DNA of 64,000 bases from contig OX597823.1 in NCBI GenBank assembly GCA_951406725.2, positions 10,106,001 to 10,170,000 of the forward strand. The letters are read 5' to 3'. Both the position numbers and the translations under genes were made by a program. Every line of letters starts with the position of its first letter. Within the stretch, counting starts at the first letter, position 1. Shown here one piece after another: positions 14,676 to 29,452 of the stretch. Origin of the DNA: Octopus vulgaris (taxonomy: Eukaryota). The notes below the pieces were generated by a model. The model did not search any database, was not told where the DNA came from, and worked only from the letters and a program-made list of their open reading frames with translations.

Positions 14676-14756
14676 AGCTCCGATGAAGCCATACCGTGAT
14701 GCTTAAGCACCCTATTAATTGTTCGTTGCACCTTATAGCAAAAACAATCGTAAGCT
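14676..14756 (+). ncRNA. Degenerate hammerhead-like motif (CCGATGA core)
   Basis: agct-CCGATGA-a-gccata...tatagc-a-AAAA-caatcg-TA-agct; GAAA is mutated to AAAA, so probably inactive. Confidence 0.35.
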
Positions 14757-15078
14757 GATGGTGTTCATAACATAATTGTTTATATCCTTTGTCATCCCAT
14801 GTGTGTGTGTGTGTGTGCGTGCGTGTGTGTTTGTGTATGTGTGTGTGAGTGTGTGTAAATATATAATTATATATATGTGTATGTATGTGTATTTACTTTC
14901 TTATTGCTGATGTTTCGAGCACAGTCACAAATGTGATTAGTTCCCGAATATATTGCACTTCATATTCGAAGCTATAAGCTGCTTTCAGATACTCAAATAT
15001 GAGTCCACTGTCACTTACAGCTGTAAGCTAATGAAGTTCATAAGATAATCACTTATTCCTTTGTCATCTGTCTTTCTT

Positions 15079-15138
<60 letters not shown>

Positions 15139-15238
15139 GAAGGGTGAAATTAATTAATTTGGAATAATTATCAATTACACCAAGTAGTCTTCGGCATGTA
15201 AAAGCCTCATTCAATTACACCTCCTCGAAAAAAACTTA

Positions 15239-15659
<421 letters not shown>

Positions 15660-16160
15660 CTCCCCCCCACACACACACACATAAAGAAAGAGGAATCACA
15701 GGTTGGTTAGCCACGTATGGAATTTGAAAAAACAAAGAAACACCACGTGTGAAAATTAATTGAGAAATCCATAACTTATGTTAATGAATCGAATAAATGT
15801 AAACTTTCTTTAGCGGAAAGAGTGCAGATCCTGTGCCGATTTAAGATACCTAACTCTCTACTGAACTCTAGGTCAGATATTTTACCTTTTACGTTTTACT
15901 TATTACGTTTTTGTGATTTCGCTTTCCGTTTTCTACTTTCTGCGTTTTCTATATACTGCCTTCTCTGTTTTTTTTTTCGTTTTTGCGTTTCTTCTATTTT
16001 TTCAGCTTATTTCGTTGTGATATGTGGTTTGTGCCTGTAGATTATGTTTGAATATCTCTCAACATATGGAACTACTAGTTTTAATAATTAAATAAATAAT
16101 AGTGGTGGTGATGATGATGATGATGATGATGATGATAATCATAATAAGATTAGTAATAAC

Positions 16161-16269
<109 letters not shown>

Positions 16270-16519
16270 TGTATATATAAATGTGTGTGTGAGTATGTAA
16301 GTATGTATATACATATATAAATATATATATGCGTGTATATATAAATGTGTGTGTGAGTATGTAAATATGTATGTATATATATATATAAATATATATATGT
16401 GTGTATATATAAATGTGTGTGTGAGTATGTATGTATGTATATATATATTTACATATATATATATGTGTGTGTGTATATATAAATGTGTGTGTGAGTTTGT
16501 AAGTATGTATATATGTATG

Positions 16520-16583
<64 letters not shown>

Positions 16584-16584
<1 letters not shown>

Positions 16585-18038
16585 TAGCCTAAGTACACGA
16601 GGTTGCTCGGAAGTTTGAAGAATGTTGAAGGAAATATATATATATTTATTCTGATAAAAAAAGATATTTTCAGGAAATTTCTATCAGAATTCGTGACTAT
16701 ATACAAAGTTATCGAAACAAATCTTGAAATAAATCAGTGTTTAATTTTGTAGAACTTCTAAATATACGATGTTTTCCGTGTGTCCTTTAATTGGTGTTCA
16801 AAGAATAAGAATTTTGGGACTTCCAACTCGTGAATATCCTACGTATAATTGCCCATGAGAAAAATAAGAAGCAAGGTGAAGTCCAACAACGTTGAGTGAT
16901 TTGTTTATGGACATAGCAAAGTTTAGTTCCACTGGGAACTGGAGCCGTTTTAATTCAAGGGGAAAGTGAGGTGCGATTAATGGGGCCCACGGAATGAAGA
17001 CCCTGTCACCCTTATATTTTCCAAGAGAAATTAATTTTAGCGGTAAGGACTAAACCTCTTCTTTCATCATCACAATTAAAAAGCAGTTATCTTTACTTTA
17101 AAATACAAAGAGGGGATCGTAGACGTATGACGAAGAATTATTGAATATTGTGTTTGCTTCTATCAGGATCGTTTACGTTTATGGCGAAAAAAGAAAACCG
17201 ACGTATACAACAGGTATGCAGATTCCCCCTGGAACCTTCCCCGAGTAATGAAAAACTTTCATGCAAAATTTGGTACAAATTGATCAAGTGGTTTGGCCGT
17301 ACCACTCACTAAAAGAAAGATGCGAGAAAAACTAAATAAAAAATACAGTTACGCTATCACTATTTCCCCATTCTGTCTGTCTGTCTCTCTCTGTCTCTGT
17401 CTCTGTCTCTCTGTCTCTCTCTTTCTCTCTCTCTCTCTCTCAGGTAGCAAGTCAGGCCTTCTCTTTCTCTGAAAACACCACTCTCTGTGTCTCTTTCTAT
17501 CTCTCTGCCTGTCACACACACATACACACACACACCAACACACCTCTTTCTCTTACACTCTCTCACACAACTTTTGTTCTTTCTTCTTTCTCCTTGGCTA
17601 TCACTCTCTGACTCTCTCTCTCTCACCCACACAATTAGCACATACTTTCTGTCTCGCACCCCCCCTACCAACACATACACATTTCCATATCCATTTCCTC
17701 TGTCTTTCACCTTACGCTGACTTCAAATAAAATACATTTCAAAAGTGAAACTATAGCGTTATGTGAAGTGAAACTATTATACCGCTGAAAAAAAATCGGA
17801 AGGGTTGTACAGGGGGGACTACAGCCCCCGATATGGGCAAGGGTCAAAATTTGACCCCTCCTCCAGAATCTTCCCCGAGTAAGGGAAACCTAACCAAATT
17901 TGGTAGATTGGTCCAGCGGTTTGGCTGTGCATAGAGGAAACACACACACACACACACGCACACACACGCGCGCGTACATGCATACACACACACACACACA
18001 CACATACACACGCATAGAGAGGTTTTTATATATATAGA
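16584..18038 (-). mobile_element. Second non-autonomous Helitron-like element
   Basis: Minus strand begins a|TCtatatatataaaaa and ends with a weak hairpin plus CTAG|t; subterminal CA/GT microsatellite as in the 1278 family. Confidence 0.5.
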
Positions 18039-18074
18039 TATATAAATGAGTAACGGCAGAGGTACTGGTTTCAA

Positions 18075-18159
18075 TGCAGTACACCCGTTTCTAACGACTC
18101 CTTTAATTGATTAATGGAAATATTGCATCATTGTAAAGAGACCGTTTTCGTCAGATGAA
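18075..18159 (-). ncRNA. Degenerate hammerhead-like motif (canonical CTGACGA core)
   Basis: CTGACGA-a-aacggtctcttta...taaaggagtcgtt-a-GAAA-c-gggt-GTA; stem I partly mismatched. Confidence 0.4.
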
Positions 18160-18806
18160 TTCATGAACTTCAAAATAAAGGACATTCAGAAGGATTTAAC
18201 ATACTTTAAAATCCAGAGCAAAAACATTTACAGGGATTCTCCTACTATTTCAGTTGGCAGAATGGATTCTTCAGAATATATTTAGTCAGACCAGAGAAAT
18301 TTAAGTGTTAGTAAAGTTTTTAGAGGGGGAACGCCTAATTGACTCCAGTGATCCAGACATCTATACTTCTAATAAGAAAGGAGAGCGTCGCTCCAATAAC
18401 CTAGATTTATTTATTTAGAAGTTGTTTAATGCTTGCTGGTCAAAATGAAATGTGTTCAGGTCAACCTACTAAATTATCAAAGTCGTATGATTTGGAACCA
18501 ATAGACAGGCTTTACCTCTGCAAATGGGCAAGGCAGAGGGTAGTAATAAGGAATTGAGGGATGAGAAAGGGATGATAAGGAGAAAGAAAAACGAAACTTG
18601 GCCCAAACGTTATTAATTACCGTATTAGTAGAGGAAGACTTTGAAATATATGGAATATGGGTTTTTATAGGCAAACCCTAAACTAGGAGTGGGAAACTTT
18701 GCTTGAGAATAGAAGGGCCTTATGTAACAAATTTTATGTTTATTTAGTATTGTTGTGTGTATGTTATTCTCACCTAGCGAGGTTCCTTGATTTAAGTTTA
18801 TTTGTT

Positions 18807-19298
18807 CATCATCATCATTGTTCGACCGTGGTCGAGACAATGGAATTTACTGTGTTATGCCAGACTTCACGGTCCATCATAGCATTACGGAAATCCTGTA
18901 GCTGGATGCCTGTATCCATGGAGATTACACCAGGTTAGGAGAGTGTGCGCCCTCTGGTATCGCGAGCAGATGGCTTCCAAAGGAGAAGAGTAGAAGTTCC
19001 CTCGTTTTCAGCTCTACAACAATGTCCAGCAAACTGGACTCTTCTACCTGTCACAAGAGTTGATACAGGTGGTAATTTCCCATATATTTGCATTTTGGTT
19101 GGATGACGCTTCCACGAGAGATTTTGAGCTCTCATAAGGAGGCGAGTGTAAGTTCCATCCAACCGCCTCTCAAGCTTCTTTGATAACGTCCAGGTTTCTG
19201 AGCCATATAGTAGAATTGGTTCGACTGTGGCTTTGAAGATTTTAAGTTTGAAATCTCTACTTAGATTTGATGACCAGATCTTATCCATATCATTGCAT
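18807..19298 (-). mobile_element. 5'-truncated RTE-clade LINE (RT C-terminal region and 3' end)
   Basis: ORF 18935-19288 with IW.S.LSR..KLKIFKATVEPILLYGSETWTL...RRVQFAGHC, typical of RTE ORF C-termini; (GAT)n tail. Confidence 0.9.
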
Positions 19299-19349
19299 TG
19301 TTTGTTACTTTAGCTGCCTATTTATTTTCCTTTTACGGGTTTTCCTTTT

Positions 19350-19490
19350 ACAGGCTTCAGTAATTTGACTGCGGCCATGCTAGAGCACTGCCTTTAGGCG
19401 AACAAATCGACGGCAGGACTTGTACTTTGTAAGCCCAGTAATTATTCAATCGGGCTTTTTTCTCGAACTGCTGTCTGACGGGGACATGGG
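19350..19490 (-). mobile_element. CORE-type SINE 3' fragment
   Basis: ttcagtaatttgactgcggccatgctagagcactgcc tail motif. Confidence 0.75.
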
Positions 19491-20170
19491 AACCTAAGGA
19501 AGGGGAACAAACCAGAGAGATTTTTGCAGTAGCACAATCTGTTTTCCATATCGAATATTGAAGCCAAGTCCTGGTTTCGTGTCCTGAAACTAGTGATCCT
19601 TACATCTGCCTTGACCAGGTTCCACTGTTTAATCCTGGATGCCAGGAGCTCTGATTGCTGCTTAAATCGATACAAATCATGGGTAAAGTCACTCAGGTGT
19701 TCCTGCTTGATCCAGTGGGGCTCATTGAAACTTGATCCTGAATAAACAGGGACATTGTCATCAGAAGAGATCGTCTTGGCAGAATCTTCCCCTGAAGAGA
19801 TTTCTTCATCGTATGAAGGCAGAAGTTCCTTATTTGCTGGGTGTGTAGGGACAGGGAGATCATCTAAGTGGCAAAGAAGTCTCATAGCTGGGATATTTGA
19901 ACTTCTTTCTAGAAGAAGCATTGAAACCTATCATATTTGTTAGACAAAACTAACAATCATGTGCATGGCTTCATAGTTCACTCCAGACCATCGGGACAGC
20001 AAAGTTGAAGGCTGCTTTCTTTGTAAACCTGTGTAATTGGTGCACTTGAGTCTGCGAACAAATGCGTAATTGACAATATGTATAAGCTAGAATATTCAGA
20101 ACAAGAAATCCACCAATTATCTCGCCCGTTATACATACGACAGTAAAAAATATGCATGATTTTCTCAATT
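19490..20170 (-). pseudogene. Decayed DNA-transposon transposase N-terminal region (superfamily not assigned)
   Basis: Fragments FAVPMVW.E, H.HDC*FC, DDLPVP, EPHWIKQEHLSDF.HDL..FKQQSELLASRIKQWNLV..VRITSFRTR resemble a widespread invertebrate transposase family; stops and frameshifts. Confidence 0.7.
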
Positions 20171-20352
20171 CTAAATGTGACTTTGTTTCTTTTATCTACA
20201 TTCCAACAATGGAATTTTGCCGCTTTGTTTTACACAGTAGGTTATTCCTCAGAGGAAGAGTTTGAATAATTAAAAGCAGAAGAGAATATACAAGCTTACA
20301 CACAAACCTACACACATACATGCATACATGTGAATATGTGTGTGTGATGTGC

Positions 20353-20393
<41 letters not shown>

Positions 20394-20720
20394 TTACATT
20401 ATATATAAGGGCTTAGTAAAATAAATTAATTAATAATTAATTAATTTTACCCTCAATTGTTGAAATTATATATATATATATATATATATGGGGGGGGGGT
20501 AGTTCACAGGTGATCTAAACGATTAGGTACGCTAGGTAAGTGTTGTAATGGATTACTAGGGCTGCAGGGTTATAGCCAAGACGGTAGTTATGGAGCCATT
20601 TCAGATTTCCGATATAGCGGACATATAATTGTCAAAGAGGAAAAAAAACCTTAAGGCAAGGGAGACATCTCAAGTCATATACATTATTATTATTATTATT
20701 ATTGGGAAAAGAAATTCAAA

Positions 20721-20776
20721 GTTTTACAGCTGTTTCTGCGGTATCCCAGAGCATGGGATATTCCGACATCGGAGAC
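20721..20776 (-). ncRNA. Degenerate hammerhead-like motif (CCGATGT core)
   Basis: gtct-CCGATGT-cgg-aa-tatccca-tgctc-tgggata-ccg-ca-GAAA-cagctg-TA-aaac; palindromic stem III ACAGCTGT. Confidence 0.4.
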
Positions 20777-21222
20777 AAATAGGGAAAATGAGAAGAGTAT
20801 AGATTAACGAAATTACGGCATAAAGAACAAGAGTAAAGGAATAAGGGGATGGAGAAAGAGAATAAAAATGAAGCATAAGAGTTCACAGTTTAACTTTACG
20901 ATCTTGTAGAAATAAGTTCGTAAGTTCTTAGGCGTAATTCTGCGTAAATGTAGGTTAAAGTCCTGATATTATAAACATCCATAAAAAAGACACGAACGTA
21001 TCAACGTTCAATAACAGAATGCTAGCGGAAGTGGATATTAAGTGGTAAAATGAAAGAAAAGTAAATGTATAGAAAGAAAGATAGATAGATAGAGTGAGTA
21101 GGGAAGTTAAAGTTTGGCGTTAAGGATAACGTATGGTATATTTAATATAACGTTTGTTGTGCTCTTTAACAATTACACACACATACACACACACACACAC
21201 ATATACACACACAGACAGACAG

Positions 21223-21285
<63 letters not shown>

Positions 21286-21370
21286 CAGACAGAGACAGAG
21301 AGACAGAGAGACAGAGAGAGATACAGTAGTACCTCGGTTTTCAAACAACTCTGATATCGAATAAATCACG

Positions 21371-21460
<90 letters not shown>

Positions 21461-21485
21461 GTGTATATATATATATATGTATATA

Positions 21486-21536
<51 letters not shown>

Positions 21537-22477
21537 GTATATATATATATATATATATATTTATGTATGTATGTATGTATGTATGTATGTACACACACAA
21601 GCACATACATGTATGCCTTAGTGTGTGTGTAATACAGACTCGTGCCGATTGAACTTATATATGTATCGTTGGCTCTGATTTTACCTCCTAAGAGCTGTTT
21701 TCAGCGTGAAATAAGAGGTTGCACCAACGTACTTTATTATATATGATCAAACAGACTCCAAACTTGTCTGCTTGCTTCAGGAAGACTATTATTATTTGGG
21801 GAAAACGAATAAAAAGAGGACATTGAACTTGCCGTGCGGAGTGAACATTTCTGCTGTCTTTCATTAAATTCTCTCTTGTCAATTTTTCCCTGCATAAGGA
21901 CTCTGTTCGGATTTTCCATTCTTCAAATCAAGTTCAACGTACCATTTTTATCGATTGTATTTATACAAATACAATGCTAAATACAATATATTGTTAGCTG
22001 GAAGTTTTATTTCATGTTTTCACTCGGCAAAATTCATCCTTTTTGATTACTATATATATATGCATCTACGTAATCAAAACTCTACACAATATTTTCGATA
22101 AATTTTAAATAATATTATCAAAAATTTCGATTTCAAAATATCTTATTAAAAAGCAAATTCCACCATATTTTACCCTTTTAACCATCGTATTTACTTAAAT
22201 ACCACAGCTCCACCTTTACAACTGTTGTTCACTCTCATTTACTGTCTCCATCTTAAAACTTATATTCCTTTCTCTGACAATTCAACCCTCTCGTGTAATT
22301 TTTCGCTGTCGAACCAAGATTGTTACAACATATCAATATACTTACATGAACACTATTGCAACGAACACATAGACATATGCATTTATATATGTATATATAG
22401 ATGCATATACGTTGTAAATACATGCTAAATGCACATATACGAACGACGAATGCAACCAATGCAATCAACGCATAAAC

Positions 22478-22526
<49 letters not shown>

Positions 22527-22550
22527 CATATATTTATATATATATACATA

Positions 22551-22598
<48 letters not shown>

Positions 22599-22639
22599 AT
22601 ACATATATTTATATATATATACATATATTTATATATATA

Positions 22640-22781
<142 letters not shown>

Positions 22782-22863
22782 GTACGTATGTATGTATGTA
22801 TGTATGTATGTATATGCATATATGTTGTTCATACATATTAAATTAACATAGAATGACGTATAT

Positions 22864-22929
<66 letters not shown>

Positions 22930-23458
22930 CGTTGCACATTTTTAATCGTTTGACGTCGTTAATTCATTTGGTTTTACTTTTTTTATACAGCTATTTTATT
23001 GAAATCTTACATCATTTAATTTTTCTCTATTATCGAAATAATTACAACCAGATGCATTGTCTTTCTATTAAACACTAGACAGGCACGTGATGTAAATCGA
23101 TTGATGAATCGATAATTGGTTATCTTTGTTCACTTTCTTCTTGATTGATATCTCTAACGTTTAGTATTATTTGTAGTGGTATTATAATTTTGAATTTCTT
23201 TTTGCTTTTCTCATTATGTTAGCCTAGACAAAATAGACAATACCCATGCATAGTTTAGCCCTCCTAAAATAAACCGGGGTTAATGCATTTAACATGTAGA
23301 GCATATATATTGTTGCAGGTCACGATAAATTTATAAATAGGGGCACAGAATAATGAGCGCTTGCGAAAAGCGACTATGTGAACTGTTTAGTAAAATCACA
23401 GTGGTATCAGGGGACAAAAATAATTGAGACAACAGTATTAGTAGCAGCAGCAGCAGTG

Positions 23459-23534
<76 letters not shown>

Positions 23535-23892
23535 CTTTTGTTATTTTCCTCATCTTTGCCGTCGATCTCATTGTTTGTCTAATCTCCAGATACACCCTGA
23601 TTAAAATAAAATAAAATAAATTTTTTAAAAAATGGTTTGTTCCAACCATGATCATCCTGTCTGTTTGTCGCTGATGGTACATTACGGACTATATTATCGA
23701 GTGCTTGGCCTTTTAAAGCAGTAAGATGTGTTTAGAGGGAAAATTTGGTTACGTTTGTGTTGCAGGTAAAATGGCTACTTCACCTGCAGGGCTGTGGAGA
23801 CCCCGTTACTAATTGATGTCGAGCACATTCATTAAGTAGGAGATTCTAGTAGTCAGTCATCCCTTTCGCATTATTAGGTGGTCATTGTAATT

Positions 23893-24140
23893 ATCATCAT
23901 CATTCATCATTGTTCGACCGTGGTCGAGACAATGGAATTTACCATGCTACGCCAGACTTCATGGTCCATCATGGCATTACGGAGGTCCTGTTGCTGGATG
24001 CCTGTATCCCTGGAGATTACATCAGGGTAGGAGAGTGTGCGCCCTCTGATATTGCGAGTAGATGGCTTCCAGAGGAGAAGAGTAGAAATTACCTCTTTTT
24101 CAGCTCTACAACAATGTCCAGCAAACTAGACTCTCTTACC
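23893..24140 (-). mobile_element. RTE LINE 3' fragment
   Basis: Highly similar to 18807-19050. Confidence 0.88.
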
Positions 24141-24629
24141 TTTCATTATGCTACAAAGCACAAACCTCAATAACATCAGCAGCGGCTTATTCATTGCAAT
24201 AAAGTAGATTGTGTCAACTTTCTTCTTGGGTTCCTTGATGTCTTTTATTACTACATATTTGCGACAGCCGAGGTCATCAGTTTGCCTTTCAACATTGCTG
24301 GATCGATAAAATAAGTGCCACTTGAGCACTAAGGTTGACGTGATCGACTTAACCTCTTCCCTAAAATGGTTGTCATTAGAAAGGGTGTTTTATATATTTG
24401 AGAAAGGGGAGAGATGGAAGGATCATTAGCACATCGGACAAAATAACGAGTGGTACTTCTTTCGATTTATTATGTTGTGAATTAAAATACCGCTGAGTTT
24501 CAATTGACTTTTCATCAATTTGTGGTGAGAAAATAGAGGCTGGGGTCGGAGAATTTCACCTTTCTCTGTTCTCAAGTTTGCTGGCCTTGTGCTAAATTGT
24601 GAAACCCGTTAGTAAATATTTAAGAACGT

Positions 24630-25250
24630 GTGTGAATAAGTGAATGAGTGAGTGAGTGGGTGAGTGAGTGAGTGAGAGGGTGAGTGAAGGAGTGAGTGAG
24701 AGGGTGAGTGAGCGAGTGAATGAGTGTGTGTGTGAATGAGTGAGTAAGTGATTGATTAAGTGAATGAGTGAGTGAGTGGGTGAGTGAGTGAGAGGGTGAG
24801 AGGGTGAGTGAGCGAGTGAGTGAATGAGTGTGTGAGTGAGCGAGTGAATGAGCGTATGTGTGAATGAGTGATTAAGTGATTGATTAAGTGAATGAGTGAG
24901 TGAGTAAGTGAGTGAGAGGGTGAGAGAGTGAGTGATTGAGTGAATGAGTGATGGCTTGAGTGAGTGAGTGGGTGAGTAACTGATTGATTGATTTATTTAT
25001 TGAGCGAGTGAGTGAGTGAATGAGTGAGTGAGTAAATGAGTGTGTGAGTGTGTGAGTGAGTAAATGAGTGTGTGAGTGGGTGAGTGAATGAGTGTGTGTG
25101 TGTGTGTGAATGAGTAAGTGAATGATTGAATGAATGAGTAAGTGAGTGAGTGAGAGGGTGAGTGAGTGAGTGATTGAGTGAGTGTGAATGAGTAAGAAAG
25201 TGATTCATTGACTGAGTGAGTGAGTGAGTGAGTGAGTCAGTCAGTCAGTC
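24630..25250. repeat. Compound (GAGT)n microsatellite
   Basis: Degenerate tetranucleotide array. Confidence 0.9.
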
Positions 25251-25868
25251 ATTATATGTGATAAAGTGTTTTTTTGTGCTTGTGTCCTTCTTATGTGTAT
25301 ATTCGCACTTTTGGTTGCATACAACGAAACGTGTGAGTTTTCCCTACAGAACAGCATGCTTTGCGTATCATTGTATTCTTTTATTCTTCCTCATTCTTTA
25401 GTCATTCGTCTTCACCTGCTCTGTAGTAACAACTTGAAGATTTTTCGATTCAATCGATGGAGCCCACCATAGCATTTGTTTCTATATATATACGCTACCC
25501 TTCAGTGAGGTAGCAAGGGCTGTGCTAGTGCATATGTGCATATAAAAATATGCACAATTATATTTCGTAGGCTCGTTTACATTTAAACGTGGCAAGGCCA
25601 CTCCTCGGAAACTTTCGTGGGAGAGAGATTATAATTATAAAAAATGTGTGAGAAACACACCACAGTGGGACATAAAAGCCTCCTGTGAATGTAGGCTGGA
25701 TGTATTTGCATTATTGCGCTTCAACAGCAACATAAATTAAATACATCGTTCACAGCCCAACTAGAAGTGACGCTCTGACAACGGATCAGAAAATGGTAAA
25801 TTCGCAGATGTATTTAATTAATTAGAGGCACACTATGCAGGGATTATTAAAATAAAGCTGTGTGTCGC

Positions 25869-26032
25869 AGGTGCAGGAGTGGCTGTGTTGTAAGTAGCTT
25901 GCTTGCCAACCACATGCTTCCGGAATCAGTCCCACTGCATGATACCTCGGGCAAGTGTCTTCTACTATAGCCTCGGGCTAACCAAAGCCTTGTGAGTGGA
26001 TTTGGTAGACGGAAACTAAAAGAAGCCCACCG

Positions 26033-26100
<68 letters not shown>

Positions 26101-26298
26101 TGTGTTTGTCCCCCCAACATCGTTTCACAACCGATGCTGGTGTATTTACGTCCCCGTAACTTAACGGTTCGGCAAGAGAGCCCGATAGAATAAGTACTAG
26201 GCTGACAAAGAATAAGTCCTGGGGCCGATTTGCTCGCCTAAAGGCGATGCTCCAGCATGTCCGCAGTCAAATGACTGAAGCAAGTAAAAGGGAGTAAA
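25869..26298 (+). mobile_element. CORE-type tRNA SINE, full length
   Basis: Head, CORE-like block, (TA)(TG) tract and tail ...gctccagcatgtccgcagtcaaatgactgaagcaagtaaaag; aaagctgtgt repeated at both flanks. Confidence 0.9.
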
Positions 26299-26337
26299 AG
26301 CTGTGTATTGTTATATTTAACATGCTCGTGTAAAGGC

Positions 26338-26456
26338 AAACGTGGATAGCCCTTTCCGGTAGATACTTTCCCCGAAAGAGAAATTTTCCTTAGAAACAAT
26401 GTGCTGAAGTTGTTTCTCCAGAGACAGCTTCTACCTGGAAGGCATTTCCACGTTTA
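26338..26456. repeat. Short foldback (~30-bp imperfect inverted repeats), possible MITE
   Basis: aaacgtggatagccctttccggtagatact vs agcttctacctggaaggcatttccacgttt. Confidence 0.45.
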
Positions 26457-26483
26457 AATGTGAACGAAAATGGTTACTGTAAT

Positions 26484-26897
26484 AAGGCGAGCTGGCAGAA
26501 ACGTTAGCACGCCGGGTGAAATGCGTAGCCGTATTTCGTCTGCCGCTACGTTCTGAGTTCAAATTCCGCCGAGGTCGACTTTGCCTTTCATCCTTTCGGG
26601 GTCGATAAATTAAGGACTAGTTACGCACTGGGGTCGATATAATCGACTTAATCCGTTTGTCTGTCCTTGTTTGTCCTCTCTGTGTTTAGCCCCTTGTGGG
26701 TAGTAAAGAAATAGGTATTTCGTCTGTCGTTACGTTGTGAGTTCAAATTCCGCCGAGGTCGACTTTGCCTTTCATCCTTTCGGGGTCGATAAATAAAGTA
26801 CCGGTTACGCACTGGGGACGATTTAATCGACTTAATACCTATGTCTGTCCTTGTTTGTCCCCTCAATGTTTAGCCCCTTGTGGGTAATAAAGAAATA
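26484..26897 (+). mobile_element. tRNA SINE with Meta-like central domain; 3' half duplicated
   Basis: Head ggcgagctggcagaaacgttagc, B-box gagttcaaattcc, gcctttcatcctttcggggtcgataaa present twice. Confidence 0.85.
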
Positions 26898-26985
26898 GGT
26901 TACTGTAACTGTGCGGTGGGTGTGAAGCGGAACCTGTCTCTGCACGATGTGCAGTCTGCCACACAGCTATGCTTTGCACGGATAT

Positions 26986-27230
26986 TACTCTTCTACTCTT
27001 TTACTCTTTTACTTATTGCAGTTATTTGACAGTGGCCATGCTGGAGCAATGCCTTTAGTAGTCGAGCAAATTGACCCCAGGACTTATTCTTTGTAAGCCT
27101 GGTACTTATTCTATCGGTTTCTTTTGCCGAACAGCTAAGTTACGGGGACGTAAATACACCAGTATCGGTTGTCAAGCGATGTTGGCGGGGGGGAGGGGCA
27201 AACACAGACACACAAAATACACACGCACAC

Positions 27231-27290
<60 letters not shown>

Positions 27291-27454
27291 CGACGGCCTT
27301 CTTTCAGTTTCTGTCTACCAAATCCACTCACAAGGCTTTGGGTGTCCCGTGGCTATAGTAGAAGACACTTGCCGAAGGTGCCACGCAGTAGGACTGAACC
27401 CGGAGCCATGTGGTTGGTAAGCAAACTACTTACCACACAGCCACTCCTACGCCT
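26986..27454 (-). mobile_element. CORE-type tRNA SINE, full length
   Basis: Reverse-complement match to 25869-26298. Confidence 0.9.
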
Positions 27455-27629
27455 ATATATATGAAATTAAAGCCCTACCAGGTTGACATTATATTTTATC
27501 CCTCTAGAATCGACAAATAAAACAAACACTTAAGTACCGAGTTCTAGTATATTCTTCTTCTCACTCTCCATCTCTCAATTCCTATCTTTCTTTTCACATC
27601 TCTCTTTTCATTTCCATTTCTCTTATTCC

Positions 27630-27678
<49 letters not shown>

Positions 27679-28435
27679 CTCTCTCGCTTCCTCGATCGGC
27701 CTGTTGCGCGGTGATAATTATTATGCCTGACCATTGTCAGCTTTCCTTTCTCTCAAAATATTTTAGAGTTGTGTGAGGGACTAGCATGCTTTTTTTTATA
27801 AGATAAACTATGTGGACAAGAACCGCGTAAGGACGAACCGATGTACAGTATATCACAGATTGGAAACCAGAAGTAACTAAATGGATATACATTCTTTCAG
27901 AATATACTTAGGCTTTTGTATATATTTCTCTTCGAACGAAATATATATTTAGTCAAGCTATAGGCATTTCTGATAGAGACTTCTAAGGACAAATCTTACG
28001 CACATAACGATTTAAATGCTCAGTGAAAGGACAATTGAAATGTGTGGTTGATGAGAGTTGATATACGCATGTAATGTCAGTATTTTAACAATAGGGGCAT
28101 TAACAAGGAATTTCTTTTAAAAAAGAACTTGTTCTGACACTAAGTGAAAATAAAAGATTAGTATTAATACGAACGCGTTATTGGATTCTTTGAGATAACA
28201 TTATACCTTGTTTGTTTCCTGTTGGAATGAAACAGGAAAACATCAGATTAAAATCTTGTGAAATACTTCGAATTCAAATTTCGCCATAGCGTTATAGGTT
28301 TCTCTTCAAGTATGTATGTATTTATAATTTGGCAGCACTTTGGAACTTAAGGTAACATTTAAACCAGTAGGATATATATACATACATATATACCAATACA
28401 CTTTTATACATTTATATACACACTCACACACACAT

Positions 28436-28516
<81 letters not shown>

Positions 28517-28571
28517 CGTATATATATATATACACATACATATATATATACACATACATACATACATAATT

Positions 28572-28626
<55 letters not shown>

Positions 28627-28628
<2 letters not shown>

Positions 28629-28740
28629 AGAGTTTACGAAAAAACAAAAGACGAAGACAGGTGGTGTACAAAACAGACGCATTAATATAACGCTCAGGAA
28701 TAGAAAAAGTCTTTTACGTTTCGAGCCTACGCTCTTCTAC
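28627..28740 (-). mobile_element. Penelope-like terminal fragment (same family as 10684), 5'-truncated inside the hammerhead core
   Basis: gtagaagagcgtaggctcgaaacgtaaaagac...; both ends in (TA)n. Confidence 0.55.
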
Positions 28741-29452
28741 ATATATATATATACATACATATATATAAATATATATATATAATGTGTGTATGTGTGTATC
28801 CCCAACAAATATAGGTATAAATGTATATAACAGTAAATGTATGTGTATGTCGGTACGTGTATGGTAGAATGTAGTTGATAGTTTATAAGTAAAAATAATT
28901 TATCCTCTACCAGCATAATAATTGTCTACTTCTTGTCAGTGACATCAAGAAACTTGTATTGAAATATTTATTAGCTCCGAATATTTACTTTAATGTTCTA
29001 AAAGGTGTTCAAAATAAGTCAAATAAATCTGTTGCCAATTATTGTTCCCAGATGTTCAATATAAACCAATTTACCTTTCTTTGGTTTACTTTACAAGAAC
29101 GATGACAATAATTATTTTTATAAAATAGAATATATAACCCAAATAGTCGAATGAAAATTGTTAGTGAAATGTCAGAAATGATGTAAATAGGAAGGAGAAA
29201 AGTACATACAAGTAATTTTTTCTTTCTACATTCTGTAGTCATGTAGCTAGCCAAGTGTAGACCTATATAGCTACACGAATTTACTCGTACGTTTATATTT
29301 CTTGATTATATTCGATTGGTTGCCTTTATTCCCTATAAGTCGTATGAGGTTCAAAAATATTTGAATGTTATGGCCACTTTAAGGCGTCTTTCAAGACATT
29401 TTAAAAATGTGTTCTACTGAAATATATTTTAATCTGTTGTAGTGCTTTACAC

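Noticed and set aside
21685-21919. Minus-strand 60-aa ORF MENPNRV... near a donor-like gag/gtaaaa
   Set aside because: Short, no recognisable homology, and it stops before the donor.
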